The notes beneath the pieces were generated by a model. That model was not told the origin of the DNA. It was given only the letters and a program-made list of their open reading frames with translations, and did not search any database. 64,000 nucleotides of DNA, from positions 1-64,000 of the forward strand of contig NIVC01000895.1 in assembly GCA_002269645.1 (NCBI GenBank). Direction: 5' to 3'. The position numbers were made by a program, and so were the translations under genes. This DNA is from Macrostomum lignano. Taxonomy: Eukaryota. Numbering within the stretch: the first letter of the stretch is position 1; the number at the start of each line of letters is the position of its first letter. This document shows positions 47,489 through 58,988 of the stretch, one piece after another.

Positions 47489-47694
47489 TTTATATCAGAT
47501 TTAAGAAAAAAATTAGAGTTTATTGACTGATTAGCTGAACGTAGGGCTTCGATTTGATGGAGTTCGTCTGCAGCAGAGTTGCATGAATTGGTTAGTTAAG
47601 CCGAGCAAGCATTTAGAAATTGTTTTGCATTTTTTTAAATCGAAAGGTGAATTTACTGGTTTAATCGGTTCATGAACGAATCTTATCGTACGAC

Positions 47695-48725
47695 TGACTG
47701 TCTATGACCGAATCTGTCTATAACCTAATCTGTCATGACCGAATCTGTCTATGACCTAATCTGTCTATGAACTAACCTGTCTATGAACGAACTTGTCTAT
47801 GACCGAATCTGTCTATGACCTAATCTGTCTATGACCGAATCTGTCTGTGACCTAATTTGTCTATGACCTTATCTGTCTATGAACTAACCTGTCTATGACC
47901 TAATCTGTCTATGACCTAATCTGTCTATGACCTAATCTGTCTATGACCTAATCTGTCTATGAACTAACCTGTCTATGAACTAACCTGTCTATGAACGAAC
48001 TTGTCAATGAACGAATCTGTCTATGACCTAATCAGTCTATGACCGAATCTGTCTGTGACCTAATTTGTCTATGAGCTTATCTGTCTATAAACTAACCTGT
48101 CTATGACCTAATCTGTCTATGACCTAATCTGTCTATGACCTAATCTGTCTATGACCTAATCTGTCTATGACCTAATCTGTCTATGACCTAATCTGTCTAT
48201 GACCTAATCTGTCTATGAACTAACCTGTCTATGACCTAATCTGTCTATGACCTAATCTGTCTATGACCTAATCTGTCTATGACCTAATCTGTCTATGAAC
48301 TAACCTGTCTATGAACTAACCTGTCTATGAACGAACTTGTCAATGAACGAATCTGTCTATGACCTAATCAGTCTATGACCGAATCTGTCTGTGACCTAAT
48401 TTGTCTATGAGCTTATCTGTCTATAAACTAATCTGTCTATGACCTAATCTGTCTATGACCTAATCTGTCTATGACCTAATCTGTCTATGACCTAATCTGT
48501 CTATGACCTAATCTGTCTATGAACTAACCTGTCTATGACCTAATCTGTCTATGACCTAATCTGTCTATGACCTAATCTGTCTATGAACGAACCTGTCTAT
48601 GACCTAATCTGTCTATGACCTAATCTGTCTATGACCTAATCTGTCTATGAACTAACCTGTCTATGACCGAATCTGTCTATGACCTAATCTGCGTGTGACC
48701 TAACCTATCTATGACCCAACCTGTC
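47695..48725. repeat. 16-bp minisatellite (CTATGACCTAATCTGT) between copies 1 and 2
   Basis: Direct reading; higher-order duplication of about 335 bp. Confidence 0.93.
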
Positions 48726-48954
48726 TATCTGGCTCAACATGTACTTATTAAATGAGAGCGATAAATCTGTTTTTGCAGTAGGGTAAACGATTTAAAAAGT
48801 CGACAAACAGCCGAATTTCTCATATATAAAAAAGGCCTATGATTGATGACAACTAAAATCGAAATTAAATAATAATAATCATTACGGTCTATTGTTATTG
48901 TGACCTGATAAAAAATTGGCATTAACTGAAAAATCAATGAATATATTCAGTTCA

Positions 48955-49969
48955 TTAGTACTGGATAGCCACCAGCTTCTTGGACCAGGCTTCATCAGAC
49001 TCGGCACAGTCCAGCATGAACTTGGCCACGTTGGCTCTAGGTACGTAAAGCTCCGAAGCATCCGGTACGAATTGCCCTTCGGCAGCCTTCATCTCTCTCT
49101 GCTCGTCCAGCGGCTGGTTGGACAAACCTGGCGGCTTCACCACGGTGAAGTTGATGTCGGAGCACTGCTCATTCAAGTGACACTCGGGACGGTAGACGGT
49201 GCACTGCGCTGTCAGCAGGATGAACCGGGACACCTTGGCTGATCGCATGGCTGCCACAATTGCTGGCACAGCGTCCGTCATCAGGTCGATGCGGAACAGG
49301 CTGACTGTGGCGCCCAAGGCTGACAGAACCGCGTCGCAGCCTGCGAAAGTTTGATAGTAACAAACCATGCGACACATATTACTACGAGTAGTAGAAGCAT
49401 TAAGTAAATATATTAAGAAAAGCTAAAAGCATACGATTGATGATCTTTGAGGAAGAATCCCTAGTTGGGAAGAATCCAGGTAGTGTTGGAAATTAGAATC
49501 CCTTAGCTTTGTGGAAGAATCCTTTAACCTAGTGTTGGGAAGAATCCCTTAGCGTTGGGAAGAATCCCTTAGTCTTGGGAAGAATCCCCTTAGTGTTGGG
49601 AAGAATCTCTTTTAATTTTGGGAAGAATCCCCTTAGTGTTGGGAAGAATCCCTTTTAATTTTGGGAAGAATCCCCTTAGTGTTGGGAAGAATCCCTTTTA
49701 ATTTTGGGAAGAATCCAGCTAGTCGGGAAGAAGCTGAGCCACATACCCTCGTAGGCCTCAGCCAGAAGTTTCTGCTCGGCCTCTCCAGCGGCAGCCGACA
49801 TGTCAGGCACCTGTTTGACTGTCAGGACAGGCTGTGTCAGCCTGTCAGAGCCCAACTTATCCGGGCTGCGGACCACAGCGACCACCTGGTGGCCCCTGGC
49901 AAGTGCCTGGTCTACCAGCAGCAACCCGGTGGGGCCCGTGGCTCCCAGGATGGCCAGCTTCATCGGCAT
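48955..49969 (-). CDS. BLVRB: Flavin reductase/BLVRB-like, copy 2, with an in-frame 25-aa deletion; exons 49969-49747, 49340-48955
   Basis: Same exon structure as copy 1, but exon 2 is 386 bp instead of 461 bp and lacks HPKLVEWLIKPLLIGRNMDDFWRAE. Confidence 0.75.
49455..49725. repeat. Minisatellite of about 20-22 bp (GGGAAGAATCCC core) in the copy-2 intron
   Basis: Direct reading. Confidence 0.88.
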
Positions 49970-51447
49970 CTTGTTGGCACTTGAAGAAAAGTACTTTTAT
50001 TTAATTGCTGCTTTTATTTATTGAATTTCTCGAGGCAAAAGTGGCTTCACTGAAAAATCGACAGCTCATGTTGATTCACAGAGGCCGCGTTTAAGCAATC
50101 AGTTTACATTAGCAGGTGGTTTACTCAAATTATGTTATGTTTTAAGCAGTTTTATAGTTAGATTTAAAAAATTCCATGACAACTCCAGCTGAGGCTTAAG
50201 CGGTGAATAGAATGTCAGCCATGACCATGTGTGAACATTAAGTTAAAGGTTATATGTACACGTCAATCCATTAATTTTTGTATATGAGCGTATGAATTAG
50301 ATATTCCCATGATATGTAGCGATTTGGCGCCGCAGCTCAGTGTTAAACTGCACATGCCTGATTAGAAAGCCAGGACCGCTGTACACCCGGTGTGATTGTG
50401 TGCATGAGTGCGTGTGCCTGCGTGCAGTATTGCATCACATTGCAGGTTATTGGACAATGTGCCTTCAGCAATTTTTGTTATAAACGATAAGTTTCCAATC
50501 CAGATGTCATCATTTTGACTCCATGATCAAGCAATAGAAAACTCCTTAAAACTTCTCTAATAATGTCAATCGTACGCTCTGATGAAAGCAGAAAAGAAAC
50601 ACAACATAAAATACGAAATATTGTATCAATTTATTAAATGTAAACAAATTAACAATATCTATTTATGTTGCTTTAATTCGCAGATAAATTTATTAGAAAA
50701 AAAACATTTTTGTCAATGAATTATGCTAAAAAAATATCCGTCGATCAAAATATTTCATAAATGTAAAACGTTTTCATTGGTAGAAAAAAATTATAAAGAA
50801 TCAAATTTTGTAAATTGCATAATTAAATCAAACACCAATAAATCAAAGTTGACTGTTTCTGCAGAACATTTTTTCTACTAGAAGACGTAAAAACTGTTCA
50901 GAACTGGATAGCCACCAGCTTCTTGGACCAGGCTTCATCAGACTCGGCACAGTCCAGCATGAACTTGGCCACGTTGGCCCTGGAAATTCGCCTGTCAGTA
51001 CCTTCGGGCACGAACTGACCTTCGGCAGCCTTCACCTCTCGCTGCTCGTCCAGCAGCTCATTGGTTAAACGGGGCGGCTTCACCACGGTGAAGTTGATGT
51101 CGGAGTACTGCTCATTCAAGTGACACTCGGCACGCCAGAAGTCCGCCAGATTCCGACCAATAAACAGCGGCTTGACCAGCCATTCGACCAGCTTCGGGTG
51201 CTCGGGACGGTAGACGGTGCACTGCGCTGTCAGCAGGATGAACCGGGACACCTTGGCTGATCGCATGGCTGCCACAATTGCTGGCACAGCGTCCGTCATC
51301 AGGTCGATGCGGAACATGCTGCCCGGAGCGCCCAAGGCTGACAGAACCGCGTCGCAGCCTGCGGATTTCAACATGTAGGAAGCAAAGCTGGAGCATCTGA
51401 GATCTGAGCATGATGCACATTGCACCACTCATGACTTACGACCCGGT

Positions 51448-51790
51448 CTGTCTATGACCTAAACTTTCTATGAACCAAACTGTCTATGAACCAAACTGTC
51501 TATGACCTAAACTATCTATGACCTAAACTGTCTATGACCTAATCTGTCTATGACCTAAACTGTCTATGACCTAATCTGTCTATGACCTAAACTGTCTATG
51601 ACCTAAACTGTCTATGACCTAATCTGTCTATGAACCAATCTGTCTATGAACCAAACTGTCTATGAACCAAACTGTCTATGACCTAATCTGTCTATGAACC
51701 AATCTGTCTATGAACCAAACTGTATGACATAAACTGCCTATGACCTAGTCTATGAACCAAACTATGACCTAAACTGTCTATGACCAGATC
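51448..51790. repeat. 16-bp CTATGACC minisatellite in the copy-3 intron
   Basis: Same family and same flank as the 46372 array. Confidence 0.9.
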
Positions 51791-51894
51791 TATGAATGTT
51801 ACGAGTTGATAAAATGTCAAGTATATTACTGACAGTAGACAAGCAGTAACTCAATAATTATTTTAACAATTGATACGCGTACTGCAAATAATAT

Positions 51895-52165
51895 ATTTGG
51901 GCTGCAGGGCACCCTGGTGCAACGCCTTCGGTGACACCGTCCCGCAGCCAGCGCTGACGGCAATTCTGCCCATTCCGCTGACTGCTGAGCACATGCAAGG
52001 GCGCTTATACAACACGCTCACACACGGTGTACACAGCATCCTTGACTTTCTAATCCTCAGGCATGTAGACTCCCTGTGTCTTGGAGGTTGGCTGTCACGG
52101 GTTTGAATCGCTCATCTCCAAATTAATGAGGTCGCATACCGGGACGAATTCGAGCCCCAAACAAG
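51895..52165 (-). mobile_element. Diverged SINE-like copy in the copy-3 intron
   Basis: The reverse complement shows GGCTCGAATTC..CATTAATTTGG, GCTGTGTACACCGTGTGTGAG, GCGGAATGGGCAG and CCAGGGTGCCC, collinear with the 24113 element. Confidence 0.55.
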
Positions 52166-52184
52166 AGCAGCAAACAGAGAATCT

Positions 52185-52454
52185 GAAGGAAAAAATCCCT
52201 CTTAAAGTTGAGAAGAATCCCTTTTAGTCTTGGGAAAACCCCTTTTAGTCTTGGAAAGAATCCCTTAGTCTTGGGAAGAATCCCTCTTAGTGTTGGGAAG
52301 AATCCCTTAGTCTTGGGAAGAATCCCTCTTAGTGTTGGGAAGAATCCCTTAGTCTTGGGAAGAATCCCTCTTAGTGTTGGGAAGAATCCCTTAGTCTTGG
52401 GAAGAATCCCTTAGTCTTGAGAAGAATCCCTCTTAGTGTTGGGAAGAATCCCTT
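52185..52454. repeat. GGGAAGAATCCC minisatellite in the copy-3 intron
   Basis: Same family as the 49455 array. Confidence 0.88.
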
Positions 52455-53252
52455 GTTTCTGCTCGGCCTCTCCAGCGGCAGCCGACATGTCAGGCACCTG
52501 TTTGACTGTCAGGCCAGGCTGTGTCAGCCTGTCAGAGCCCAGCTTATCCGGGCTGCGGACCACAGCGACCACCTGGTGGCCCCTGGCGAGAGCCTGGTCT
52601 ACCAGCAGCAGCCCGGTGGGGCCCGTGGCTCCCAGGATGGCCAGCTTCATCGGCATCTTGTTGGCACTTGAAGAAGACTTTTGCTTTAATTGGAGTTGCT
52701 AAGGCCTGTGGTGAGGCTAGGAAGCCTGCATAAATATATAAATCAATGGTGATGAATAAGACGCAGCAGATTCTGGATAAGGCAGAGCCTGTGTCTCTTT
52801 GAAAGGAACTTCTGTCTATTTGCTGTCAGTAGCTCGTATGCTCAGTGCTCCAATGGAATCAAGCTTTTCCAAGAAAGAAAATCCAAGAAAAAACACAATT
52901 TTATCCAAAATCAGCTTCAGACCTATTAATTGGTCTTGTTGTTTGCTTGCTGTTTTATTAAAGTGCAACGGTGATCGACAGACAGATGATCTACAAGATT
53001 ATTCGAACGCGAAACAATACAATTCACAATGCACAAGGTTACTCAGCTTAAAATGCGCAGAAATCACACCCTAACAACCGGCCACAAAGAGATGGAGAGA
53101 GACAAACAGTTGTCCTTATTTTTCTTTTAGTTTATTTTTGAATTGTCAAATGCAATATAAAAAAAACACGATTATTTTTGTTTAAAACAAGACTTTTTAA
53201 CGCGATTTTATATTAGTAAATAGTGACGACCGCATCACTTTTGAACGATCAT

Positions 53253-55956
53253 TTAATCAGAATCGGAATCGAACTTCTTGCTTTTATTGCCGTCGCCGGT
53301 GTCCGTCGACATTCGCGGCTTCTTGTTGAACGGCGCTCCGTCCTCGCCGCCGCCGAAACGTTTGCCGCCTCCCCCGAAGCCGCCGCGACCTCCGCGGTCG
53401 CCGAAGCCTCCACCGCGACCTCCTCGACCGCCTCCTCGGTCACTGAAGCCACCGAAGCCGCCGCGACCTCCGCGGTCGCCGAAGCCTCCACCGCGACCTC
53501 CGCGACCTCCTCGACCGCCTCCCCGGTCACCGAAGCCACCGAAGCCGCCGCGACCTCCTCCGCGACCTCCAAATCCACCGCCGCGGCCGCCGCCCTCTTT
53601 GGGCGGTCGGTCATCGCGATATTCCAGCCGGATCTGACGCCCGTCTAGAGACAGCGAAGCGTTGTCCGACATCGCTTTAGTGGCTGCTTCGTCCTGATAG
53701 GGTTAAATGCAGAACTAGACAGTGAGACTGTTTTTTTAGTTCTAGGTCAAGGTTAATATTGAGAAGTTTCGACTGGAGTAAACAAGTAAACAGACCTCCA
53801 AGACAGGTGAGAGACAGACTCTCTCAGACAGGTGAGAGACAGACTCTCCAAGACAGGTGAGAGACAGACTCTCCCAGACAGGTGAAAGACAGACTCTCCC
53901 AGACAGGTACGTGAGACAGACTCTCCCAGACAGGTACGAGAGACAGACTCTCCCAGACAGGTGAGAGACAGACTCTCTCAGACAGGTGAGAGACAGACTC
54001 TCCCAGACAGGTGAGAGACAGACTCTCCCAGACAGGTGAGAGACAGACTCTCTCAGACAGGTGAGAGACAGACTCTCCCAGACAGGTGAGAGACAGACTC
54101 TCTCAGACAGGTGAGAGACAGACTCTCTCAGACAGGTGAGAGACATACTCTCTCAGACAGGTGAGAGACAGACTCTCTCAGACAGGTGAGAGACAGACTC
54201 TATCAGACAGGTGAGAGACAGACTCTCTCAGACAGGTGAGAGACAGACTCTCTCAGACAGGTGAGAGACAGACTCTCTCAGACAGGTGAAAGACAGACTC
54301 TCTCAGACAGGTGAGAGACAGACTCTCTCAGACAGGTGAGAGACAGACTCTCTCAGACAGGTACGAGAGACAGACTCTCCCAGACAGGTGAGAGACAGAC
54401 TCTCTCAGACAGGTGAGAGACAGACTCTCCCAGACAGGTGAGAGACAGACTCTCTCAGACAGGTGAGAGACAGACTCTCTCAGACAGGTGAGAGACAGAC
54501 TCTCTCAGACAGGTGAGAGACAGACTCTCTCAGACAGGTGAGAGACAGACTCTCTCAGACAGGTGAGAGACAGACTCTCTCAGACAGGTGAGAGACAGAC
54601 TCTCTCAGACAGGTGAGAGACAGACTCTCTCAGACAGGTGAGAGACAGACTCTCTCAGACAGGTGAGAGACAGACTCTCTCAGACAGGTGAGAGACAGAC
54701 TCTCTCAGACAGGTGAGAGACAGACTCTCTCAGACAGGTGAGAGACAGACTCTCTCAGACAGGTTAGAGACAGACTCTCTCAGACAGGTGAGAGACAGAC
54801 TCTCCAAGACAGGTGAGAGACAGACTCCCAGACAGGTGAGAGACAGACTCTCTCAGACAGGTGAGAGACAGACTCTCTCAGACAGGTGAGAGAGAGACTC
54901 TCTCAGACAGGTACGAGACAGACTCTCTCAGACAGGTACGTGAGACAGACTCTCCCAAACAGGTGAGAGACAGACTCCCAGACAGGTGAGAGACAGACTC
55001 CCAGACAGGTACAAGACAGACTCTCCCAGACAGGTGAGAGACAGACTCTCCCAGACAGGTGAGAGACACTCTCCCAGACAGGTACGTGAGACAGACTCTC
55101 CCAGACAGGTGAGAGACAGACTCTCCCAGACAGGTGAGAGACAGACTCTCCCAGACAGGTGAGAGACAGACTCTCCCAGACAGGTGAGAGACAGACTCTC
55201 CCAGACAGGTGAGACAGACTCAAAACTGGTAGCTTACGGTCTCAAAGGTGACAATAGCGAATCCCTTGCTGCGTCGATCCTGATCCTTGGGTATGAACAT
55301 GTCGCTAGCCTCGGGAAAGTGCTCTCGCAGCGAGTCTGTTGTAGCGCTAAACGGCAGATTAAACACGCCAATAGTTTTAGTCTGAGGCTTGTTCGAGTTG
55401 CCTGGCAACTGTCTCTGCGGTGCAAACCGAATCCCAATCTCGCGGCCGTCCATCTTACTGGCCGAGCCGAATCGATCGAATGCGTCCGAGCAGGCTTGCT
55501 CAGATTCGAATTCAACAAAACAGGCGCCGAATTCTTGACCGGGCCGAGCCTTGGCCGAGTAGCGAACTCCGCCGGGGAAAGCAGTTCGAATACTGTCCGA
55601 CGAGTCGCGACCGCAGGCCTCGGCTGGCAGGTTGGTGAGCATTAGGGTGCGAGTCTGGCCGCGCAACTCCGACTGGTCGGAGGCTTTGCTTGCTGGCGAC
55701 GGCGACGAGGACTTCTGAGTTTTTTTATAGGACAGAGGAGGGTCGGGATGTTTGCCGGTTACAGAACAAGAAATGCCGAGAAAATCAAAAGCGACAGTCG
55801 ATAAGCAACAAGCAGAGGCGGAGGTCGCAGTAAGTCGCCATGCCAATAATTAGACAGACAGACAGAAAGGCAGACAGGCAAGCAGGACAGAAAGACAGAA
55901 ACTAAAACAGACAGACACACTAAAACAGACAGACAGGCAGGACAGACAGACAGATT

Positions 55957-55996
<40 letters not shown>

Positions 55997-57613
55997 TTAA
56001 AACAGACAGACACTAAGACAGACAGACGGACACACACAGAACAGATAAGCGACACCCCAGCGCACCTTAGCAGTGTCCGGCTTGCCCTCCTTGTTACTAG
56101 CAGCGGCCTTGGCCTGCTCAGCCTTGCCAACATAATAGCTGGCCTTGACAGGCTTGCCAGCCAGCAGGTGACCGGACAGACTCTCCAGCAGAGTCTGAGC
56201 TGCGGCGGTCCCAGCCAGCCGGACAATGGCTTGACCTCTGTGCGCATTGCCCGAGCCTTTCTTAACCAGCAGTTGAGCAGACAGAAGCTCGTCAGCTCGG
56301 CCGCCAAGTTTAGATTTCACCAGACTGGTCAGCGACGAGTCGTTCATTTCAGCTGGCAGATTCGACACGAACAGAGCGGCATTGTCCGTGTTGCCTGGCA
56401 ACGGGCTGCTGCCAGTCTGTTGCAGCAGTAGGTCAGGCTTCCCAGCCAGTTGGCAGGCGGCCAATTGGCGACTTTTATAGGCGGCGCCTTGGCATTTGGC
56501 CAGAGCCGACGCGGCGTCCTGGGCGGTTGACAAGCCCAGGATGGCTACGGGAGAGTCGAGAACGGCAGCGCTAACGTATGGTACGCCTCGCCTGCTCAGG
56601 TAGTTCTTTAAATCCGACACGCTTGTGTGAGCCTCTAAATTGCCTAGCAACAGATACTGCGTTGCCTTGGCAACTGGCACTTTGGCGCCGTTGGTTACAG
56701 TTTTGGTCGGCTTTGAGTCGTTCTCAGCTGCTTCTTCTTCTTCATCAGATTCTTCAGAATCGTCTTCATCGTCCTCATCAGAGTCGTCTTCATCATTATT
56801 AGCTGGCAATTTCTGCTTCTTAGCTGCTGGCATCTGCTGCTCTTCTTCTTCTTCCGAATCTTCTTCTTTCTCGTCTTCTTCGTCAGATTCGTCATCATCT
56901 TCATCAGATTCGGCCGAATCTTTCTGCTTGCCAACCGGCACCTTAATGACTTTCTGTTGCTTAGCAACCGGCTCCTCTTCCGAATCATCATCCTCATCCT
57001 CATCCTCATCGTCATCTTCTTCATCGTCGTCTGAGTCGTCATCGTCTTCATTCGGTATGATCTGCTTTCTAATTGCAGGATTCTGTTGCTTAGCAACCGG
57101 AGTCTGTTGCTTAGCTACCGGAGTCTGTTTCTTAGCAACCGGAGTCTGTTGCTTAGCAACCGGAGTCTGTTTCTTAGCAACCGGTGTCTGCTTCTTACCA
57201 GCCGGCGTCTGTTGCTTAGCAACCGGAGTCTGTTGCTTAACAACCGGAGTCTGTTGCTTAGCAACCGGTGTCTGTTTCTTACCAGCCGGCGTCTGTTGCT
57301 TAGCAACAATGGGTGACTTCTTTGGAGCGGGCGCAGGTGCATCATCAGAGTCGTCGCTATCGCTATCGCCGACGTCCATAAGCTGCTGCGCTGGTTGCTT
57401 AGCAACTGGAGACTGCTTCGGCTTGCCTGGCGACTGCACAACCTTAGGCTGCATGACTGTCGCATTATCCGAGTCCGAGTCGCTCTCGTCGGAATCTGCA
57501 GCGGCCAGAGGTGCCGCAGCCTTCTTAGGCGACGGAGTTGGCTGGGCCTTTGGGTTCGGCGACTTCTTGCCGCCGGCTTTGCCCTGCTGCTGCTTCTTTT
57601 TCATCATCACCAT
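53253..57613 (-). CDS. NCL: Nucleolin; exons 57613-56066, 55714-55238, 53693-53253
   Basis: Basic/acidic N-terminus with TP..K repeats, four RRM-like domains (YLLLGNL, LFVSNLP, LMLTNLP, IGVFNLP..KGFAIVTF) and a C-terminal RGG/GAR domain. Both introns are phase 0. Start MVMMKK at 57613. Confidence 0.9.
53790..55218. repeat. 25-bp minisatellite (GAGAGACAGACTCTCTCAGACAGGT) filling nucleolin intron 2
   Basis: Direct reading. Confidence 0.95.
55850..56045. repeat. (GACA)n microsatellite in nucleolin intron 1
   Basis: Direct reading. Confidence 0.9.
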
Positions 57614-57761
57614 GGCAACGTTGCTTGGATCTTTTTTATTACGACAAGCAAACTTGAATTTATGTTCTACTTTTGTTGCGACTGGTCTCTTTAATGCCTG
57701 AAAGCTGAAAAAATGAAACAAAATATTGTTTGTTCACCGGTGTGTTTTAATCAATAATAAA

Positions 57762-58195
<434 letters not shown>

Positions 58196-58988
58196 ATTCG
58201 CAGATATTAACAAATGAAAAATGCTTTTTTAGAAAAACAGAATTCAATAATATTATTTTTTAATTTTGTTTATGCGATAGTTTTGTTGAAAAACAATTTA
58301 TCTGTAATTGACTTAAATATTTAAAAAGAAGGCAAAACCAACACAGATCAAAGGGAATACTGTATAAATGAATAATGTGGAGACTGTCACAGTTATATAA
58401 AAAATCACAGCACCAATTACTACTGAAAAAAATTTTTTTTGCTAAAATTTTCGTAGCAGAAAATATAAAGAGCAAAATATGATCAAGTTCCGTGAATATA
58501 ATATATGAATTTTCTGAAAGAGTTTCTCATGAGCCAAAAAACATAGTTCTGTTAAAATTGCCTTTTTTACATAAACAAAATAATATTGTGATGGCATGCT
58601 ACGCTGAATAAATACTGTTCAAATGTGTTTTCTGTAACTTTAGAAGACTTAACTTAAAAAAAAACTTTGGAAAACAACAAAATGAGCGACTGATGCGCAT
58701 GTTTTGCAGATGAAACGATAGGAGCTCTTCAGAACTTTGACAAGTTACTCTAATTGGCCAAGCTTAGCGTAGGGGGCCTTATGTAAGTGTATCTGTATCG
58801 GAAACTTTGATCTCTAGTCTAAAATCATAAAATTTCTTTTTGTAAACTAAGCGTTGCGTAGAGAGCCTCATTGCGTCATTACTCATCAAAAGATATTCTA
58901 ATTAGCTTGACTTTACGTAGAGAGCCTTCTGTACCCCAAGAGAAATAACCGACAGCCCCAACACACCGTAGTCTAATAAAACAATCAA

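Larger units (their letters stand above)
50898..52656 (-). pseudogene. BLVRB: Flavin reductase/BLVRB-like, copy 3; exon-1 end and splice donor deleted
   Basis: Exon 1 matches the paralogues only to 52455, then runs directly into the GGGAAGAATCCCTT array and a stop codon. Exon 2 (51358-50898) is intact. Confidence 0.65.

Noticed and set aside
56660-57410. X-box-like palindromes GTTGCTTAGCAAC and GTTGCCTTGGCAAC in nucleolin
   Set aside because: Explained by the codons of VAKQ/VAKA in the coding repeat; no reason to infer regulation.
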